From Takakia lepidozioides (lineage: Eukaryota; Plantae; Bryophyta): a stretch of 64,000 bases of DNA. The position numbers were made by a program, and so were the translations under genes. The stretch is from positions 43,586,001 to 43,650,000 of the forward strand of contig CM060734.1 of the NCBI GenBank assembly GCA_030704615.1, in the 5' to 3' direction. Below, piece after piece: positions 58,801-64,000 of the stretch (its first letter is position 1; each line of letters opens with the position of its first letter). The notes under the pieces are model-generated. The model worked only from the letters and a program-made list of their open reading frames with translations. It was not told where the DNA came from and ran no database searches.

Positions 58801-60604
58801 TTCGGTACTGTGCCCTCAATCGCGGGATGATCGAAAAGTAATGCATTTTCTAGGATGAAATACCCCACTTCCCCCACATGTAATCATCCCATTAGCACAC
58901 ATACCGTACTTACCTAGCTTATTAGGCACTTCCGCGCCTAATAATTAATAAAAATAGAATATTATTAGGCAGATTCGTTTTTATTATTTAGGCACCTCAA
59001 CTAGGTAATTTCCAAATATTAGGCATGTATTTCAGTCGACCTTGGATAATGATGAACAATTGTTTTTTACCTCCCTCAAAAACTATGGTTGAGGTTATTT
59101 TATTTAAAAAACACATAATGTTGGTTGTATGAGTCTTGGGTGGAGGTGAAGTGCCAACAGGAGATGATTTTGTCAAGTTGGAGATTTTGTGGAATTTTAC
59201 GAGCATTTGAAGATGCCTTTCAAGGTGAGGCAATGAGAGCCAATTTTACATTTTCTTTGTTTTCAAACCCAAACACCCAAGTGGAAAGAGATCTTGCCAT
59301 GGAGGATGTTCCTGATGTCTACCTTGATGGAAGTGTCATTGAGAGCATTAGCTGATGTCTGCAAACATGCATATTGAGGATCGTGATGTTCCTGACCTTA
59401 ACCTTCTCTCAGAATCAGAAGATTCACATGAGGTAGGTGATGAGACTTATGAAGATGTTGCAGGGCACTTTGGACGTTGTATGAACATGAAAATCTAAAT
59501 TGTAGGCATTTTTGCTATTTTTTGGACTTTAAATAAAATAATTTAGGCATTTTTTCCACATGTTTGGACATTTTGGATTTTTGAGCAATTTTTAAGCAAT
59601 TAGGCACTTCTCAGGAGTTTTTCCAGGTTTTAGGCACATTTTCCAAAAATGTTCTAAATATAGTTAGGCACCTAATTTTGAATTAATTATTGCCTAATAA
59701 GCTAGGTAAGTACGGTAATACAACACCCTTATGTCATTCCCTTTATGCGGCCTCTCCCTCATTTGGGCGTGAATGGTCAAAATCGAACGTCGCTCCTTCC
59801 ACTCCTCATTCACTCCTTCCAAAGCCACAATCAGATCTTGCATGAGTACTACTCTCTAAAACCCTAAACTTTGTGGAATACACTTTACATGCATTGAGAA
59901 GATTAAAGAAAGTAATTTTCATGTGAGGGGGAATGGCGCTTATACCTTGCGTGGTACTTTTTTCCCTTGGACATCATCCCGATATCGGTCTTTCTTGCAA
60001 TTTGGGCACTTGGTGAGACACGAATCATCTCCATAGTATAGGGTTTTATCACATGGACATGCACGAAAAATCTTATAGCTCATCCCCACAGAGTCCAAGA
60101 CTTCGCACGCCTCTTTCCGCGACCGTGGCATCTTGGGTTTCAAGTGTGGAGAAAAGATATAGACTGCAATAGTTCGCATTATGGCAGACATCCCAACATT
60201 ACTTATGCCAAATCGAATTTGAAGATTGAGCAAAAGTAAGATTGTTGAAAGTCGACTCACTTTCGCCTCTTCATACAAGGGAGTTCTTGTCTCCCTCTCC
60301 ATATCATTTGAGGGGGCCATTTCAGGATCATCGATTGGTCGGGTTGCTTCTCCATGAGATGCATCAGCGCCCACATGATGCATTAAGATATCCTCCATGG
60401 CTTGCACATCCTCCTGGTTAATTCTATGCTTGTTGTCACTGCCACTGTCACTGTCATCGTCATCATCGTCCGATACCGTGGGGGCGGCGTCTCGCCCACG
60501 GCTCCTGCCTCATGTACTTGGGTTGTTTTCGGATGGGGTGTCAAGAGAAAGGACAAGGAAGGGATGGACAAAGTCCTGATACGAACAAATGAACATGGGG
60601 ACAT
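55900..60604 (-). mobile_element. CACTA (En/Spm) TnpD-type transposase, multi-exon, disrupted
   Basis: TPLYE..CPCDK..CPNC, DSQAW, SSDGVNPF, STWP, YFRPLVDELKELW, HDYP, GYHAC, DPMHIEKN, GLKSHDYH, PPSFFDIQVHLIVHL, WMYFLE and SMAEGY. Confidence 0.93.
58904..59715. mobile_element. Tc1/mariner-pogo-type non-autonomous element (812 bp) in a CACTA intron
   Basis: Perfect 25-bp TIR CCGTACTTACCTAGCTTATTAGGCA flanked by TA on both sides. Internal SWVEVKCQQEMILSSWRFCGI resembles a pogo DDE C-terminus. Confidence 0.9.
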
Positions 60605-63600
60605 ATATTATAATGTGTCCTTGCAACCATACAACTCATTATAAGCGAAATGCAACAACAACCTTCAATGTGTGCGTGAATCAAATATGTCATTCAATAA
60701 TTACATGTATGTGCGCAACGTACACGCATGCAAAGTTTCAAACCCAAACAAAATCATTTGCCCCCCCCAATGACGCATTCACCCTATCAACCAATTTTTG
60801 TTTATTAATGTGAAAGAAAATCCTCTCATGCCATTGCACCCATCAAACGGATGTGGCTCAAGCTTCACTTTTTCCTACATGTGCTTAAATATGTATGCAA
60901 CACCTCTACAAAGATCCAGCAGATTTTTTTCTTAAAAAAAAAATTGCCTCCCCAACGACGCACTCACCCCTGCACCAATTTTGAATTAAATCGAATTTTA
61001 ATGAATTTTAAATAAATATTGCATTTATAAATTATATGATTGCGGTTTTGAGGGGTGTAATGATTTTAGTCTTAGCTCTATTTTGTTCTGTGACATCGGG
61101 CTTTGCACCACTACATCCATGCAAAACATTGGACAAAAAAAAAATGGAAAAAAAATAAGTGTGTTTCTAGGGTCACTTTTGCAAAACTCTCTATGAAGAA
61201 TGCACGAAGTTGAAGATAACTCAACTTTAGAGTGCAAATGAGAGAACAAAATCTGGTTATGGGTCCAAATGACTTTTGTTTACTCCCAAATTTTGCACGC
61301 ACATTGCATATGCTATCATTAAGCATATGGCTTGAAAATGGAATAAAAAAAAAAATCATGTGCAGGCGAAACGCAATTTTCCGTCTCTACGATACGTAGC
61401 TGCGTTCAACACTAGAATGACCCATTGAATCAACTTGGTTCAAGCTCATATTGGTCCACATGTGCATAAGTATGTTTAGATCACATATGCAAAGTTGCAA
61501 CCCACATGAGCAACAAGAAAAATATTTACATCAATCGATTAATCGGATGTATACAAAGTACATCATGAGAATATCTACAATGCCCCTCTACGCGATCCAT
61601 GTCTCAAATGAACCCTATTTCTATCATACACATCCCACTCACGCTGTAATCGGAGGTCCCAATCATCCCGGGAGAACTCGTATGATGCAAATGGTTCGTT
61701 ACCAGCCCTAATAGTCCTACTGTCACGCACCTCACTTCGGTAAGCTCCCCTGTAGTGTGAATGCAGGGGACAGAACATTACATATGTTTACCATTACGAC
61801 CTACATCACTATGACGGAGTGCCCGTCATCCCAACTGCAGAAAGGATGTATCCCTTCATGTAGGTAATTTCATGAGCGCACTGAACTTATGCTTTGCCAG
61901 GAGAAAATGGCTAAGTCATGACAGTACACATTTTCATCCATGCGATGAACGTTTTCATCACTGGTTCTTGACCTTAAAGATCGCGGGTTGAGAAAAACGA
62001 AGAGGAAGATGACGGATGGCTCGTAGCGGCTGTTGCAAGCAGTGGTGTCGGCAGGGCAGCCTGTGTTAGGAGGTTGTACCTGCGCGGTAGGATCTTGCTT
62101 GGCTTAGGAAGCGGCATTAAGACGCCTCTGCTTGGTATTCTGTGTAGAAAGAAGCGGTGCCGCCTCTCTCGTAGTGATGATCAATTCCAAGAGATAGAAG
62201 CATGTAAGGAAAGCGGCGCACCACCACTGCCGCCAGTGCCTTGAAGATGATAGTGTGGGCAGATGAGCAAGCAAGGAAAAGGCCAGCTGCTGAAAGCACA
62301 GGGAAGAGAGTCTGGGCACAATCAATGGGGGGGAGGTAAAGCATGTGGAGTTCTGGCTGTATGGTATCTCAGGTTCTCTGTCATTAAGCTTCTAGCTGCT
62401 TTGTGTCTCCTTGTTATAGGACCAGGCCAATTCGAGAGGAAGAATTGCATAGCGTAATCTGGTTGTCAGGCCACAGGATGGTCCAAGTGAAGAAGGGGAG
62501 CCATCATGGCGTCATAAGGTCTGGAATCAAGACAAAGAGAAAGGGTTGAAGTGGCTGCTGACGGGCGATGGCAAGGTGCCACCTTGACAGGCAGACCCGC
62601 CGCTTCACTAGTGGATAAAAACAGATAAGTCGATGAACAGAGGCTTCTTTTTGCCAGGACTTAGAAATTGCTTTGGTAGATTTAGGACTGCCATCTTGGC
62701 AGAAGAGAAAAGGTAGAGACATGTGACAAGAAAAAGTTTTTGAAATGGGAATGGAGACTCTGGACTTCAGACCAGAACGTGGAAAGGATGGATGCACCTG
62801 ATGTTGTGATGACAGTGAGAGAAATAAGTGAAGAGAGAGAGAAAGAGAGAGCCTGTTCGTCACTGAATTCAGAATGGTCACTGTTGTCTTCATTCTTGCA
62901 TTTTGATTCAGTGTCATAAACCTGGACACCATGCTGCCGTGTGTAGTGATAACCTGGAACCAATGTAGATCTGGCTTGTTTGTTTGGAGAGATCAATGAT
63001 GGTTAGCTGGAGTTGCAAAAAAACATGGAAAGGATAAGGTGATTTCACTATGGGATCAGGATCTGAACATCTGCGTTCCACAGTTGAAGGGAAAAGAGGG
63101 ATGTTGGGGTATTTGGGTTGAAGTCTGACAAAAGAGATGAGAACTGTTTAAGCGATGGGTCATTGGAAAAAGGGACAAGAGAGAGAGAAAGAGAGAGAGA
63201 CTGATGGATGGGATGGTTGTGTCTTGAGAGACCGAGGATGACTTCAAGGCTGGCCGCACTGGATGCCTAGCAGCGTGTGCATTCACATTACATGACAGAT
63301 CTGCTGCTGTGAAATAGTGGGGAACCTGGGGACATAGACAGAGATAGTGAAACATACAAAAAGGGAAAAGAAAGAGAGAGAGAGAGTGAAAAATGGGATT
63401 TGGGTAAGGAGAGAGCTGCAATTCAAAAGGGCTGTTGGGGGGGGGGGTTTGGCCAATTTGGGGAGATGAGATGAAGAAAACCTGAAAGAAACCAGTGCCC
63501 CTGCAGACCATGAAGATCTGAGCTGCCTCCTCCTAAATCTGTGTCACCACTACAAAAAGGGGATTTCCGACCTGTCACTGCTCAAGTGGGCTTCACATAA

Positions 63601-63929
63601 AGGATCGTGTTTACCGCTGCCATTGGGCTGATTTGCATCACTGAATACATCGCACCAGCATAGCTGGTGCTGTACCTGCTGATAGGGGATGTTGTGTAAA
63701 AGGTAGAACCAAGAGTGAACAACAAATTGACTCCCCATCCATGTCTTCCCTTCCGCTGCGGCGTGGATGAGGATTGCTTGAACTCTGATCACGGAGGAGC
63801 TGAGGGAAACCCACAGCCAAGTGACGACAGTTGGACAGATTAGAAAGAACGCTTCTTTCCTCTTGCTCCGCAATCAATGGAGGGGAGCACAATTAGAATT
63901 ATACAGAAGGGGATTCACGCCCCTTCTTT

Positions 63930-63941
63930 TGGTATCAGAGC
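63930..63941 (+). other. tRNA-iMet primer-binding site of a further retroelement continuing beyond the window
   Basis: TGGTATCAGAGC; the expected upstream LTR-terminal CA is not evident. Confidence 0.55.
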
Positions 63942-64000
63942 TACGTTGTTAAATCTTGATTTCTACTAGCTAGGGATCTTGACTGGTATTGGATGGTTTG

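Noticed and set aside
61745-61760. TGTAGTG as the far end of the CACTA element
   Set aside because: It matches only CACTACAG, the flank is TGA rather than AGA, and there are no TGCGACG subterminal repeats.
63548-63570. CACTACAAAAAGGGG as a new CACTA start
   Set aside because: No subterminal repeat cluster follows and it cannot be paired within the window.

Overview
Repeat-rich nuclear DNA from a land plant. The PPR style and transposon families suggest a non-seed plant, but the species cannot be fixed from sequence alone. Host genes are an intronless plastid-type peroxiredoxin IIE (3722-4486, minus) and a cluster of PLS-class PPR RNA-editing genes. The cluster has one decayed copy (8294-10330), a head-to-head inverted pair of PPR-E-DYW genes (arms about 10968-16496 and 17577-22539) and an orphan 5' fragment. 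When spliced by hand, the 5' exons of these PPR genes encode tandem OSB-type PDF motifs (W..FF.DPS.WWDNR..K|.PR.PDFKHK.T...LWI....P.WV), an ssDNA-binding module joined to a PPR-DYW deaminase. The rest is a stack of transposons: a decayed Ty3/Gypsy (1-1690), Harbinger transposase and Myb/SANT relics, a hAT MITE, a young full-length 13-kb Gypsy with extra ORFs (39385-52456), a Gypsy relic with a C5 DNA-methyltransferase C-terminus, and a CACTA element hosting a pogo-like MITE. The most striking structure is an approximately 11-kb Mutator-like element (28431-52816, excluding the nested Gypsy). It carries a MULE/SWIM transposase, a divergent multi-exon gene ending in a beta-class N4C/N6A DNA methyltransferase domain, and a 15-unit array of palindromes. 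Many single-base indels look like long-read consensus errors, so pseudogene calls are provisional.
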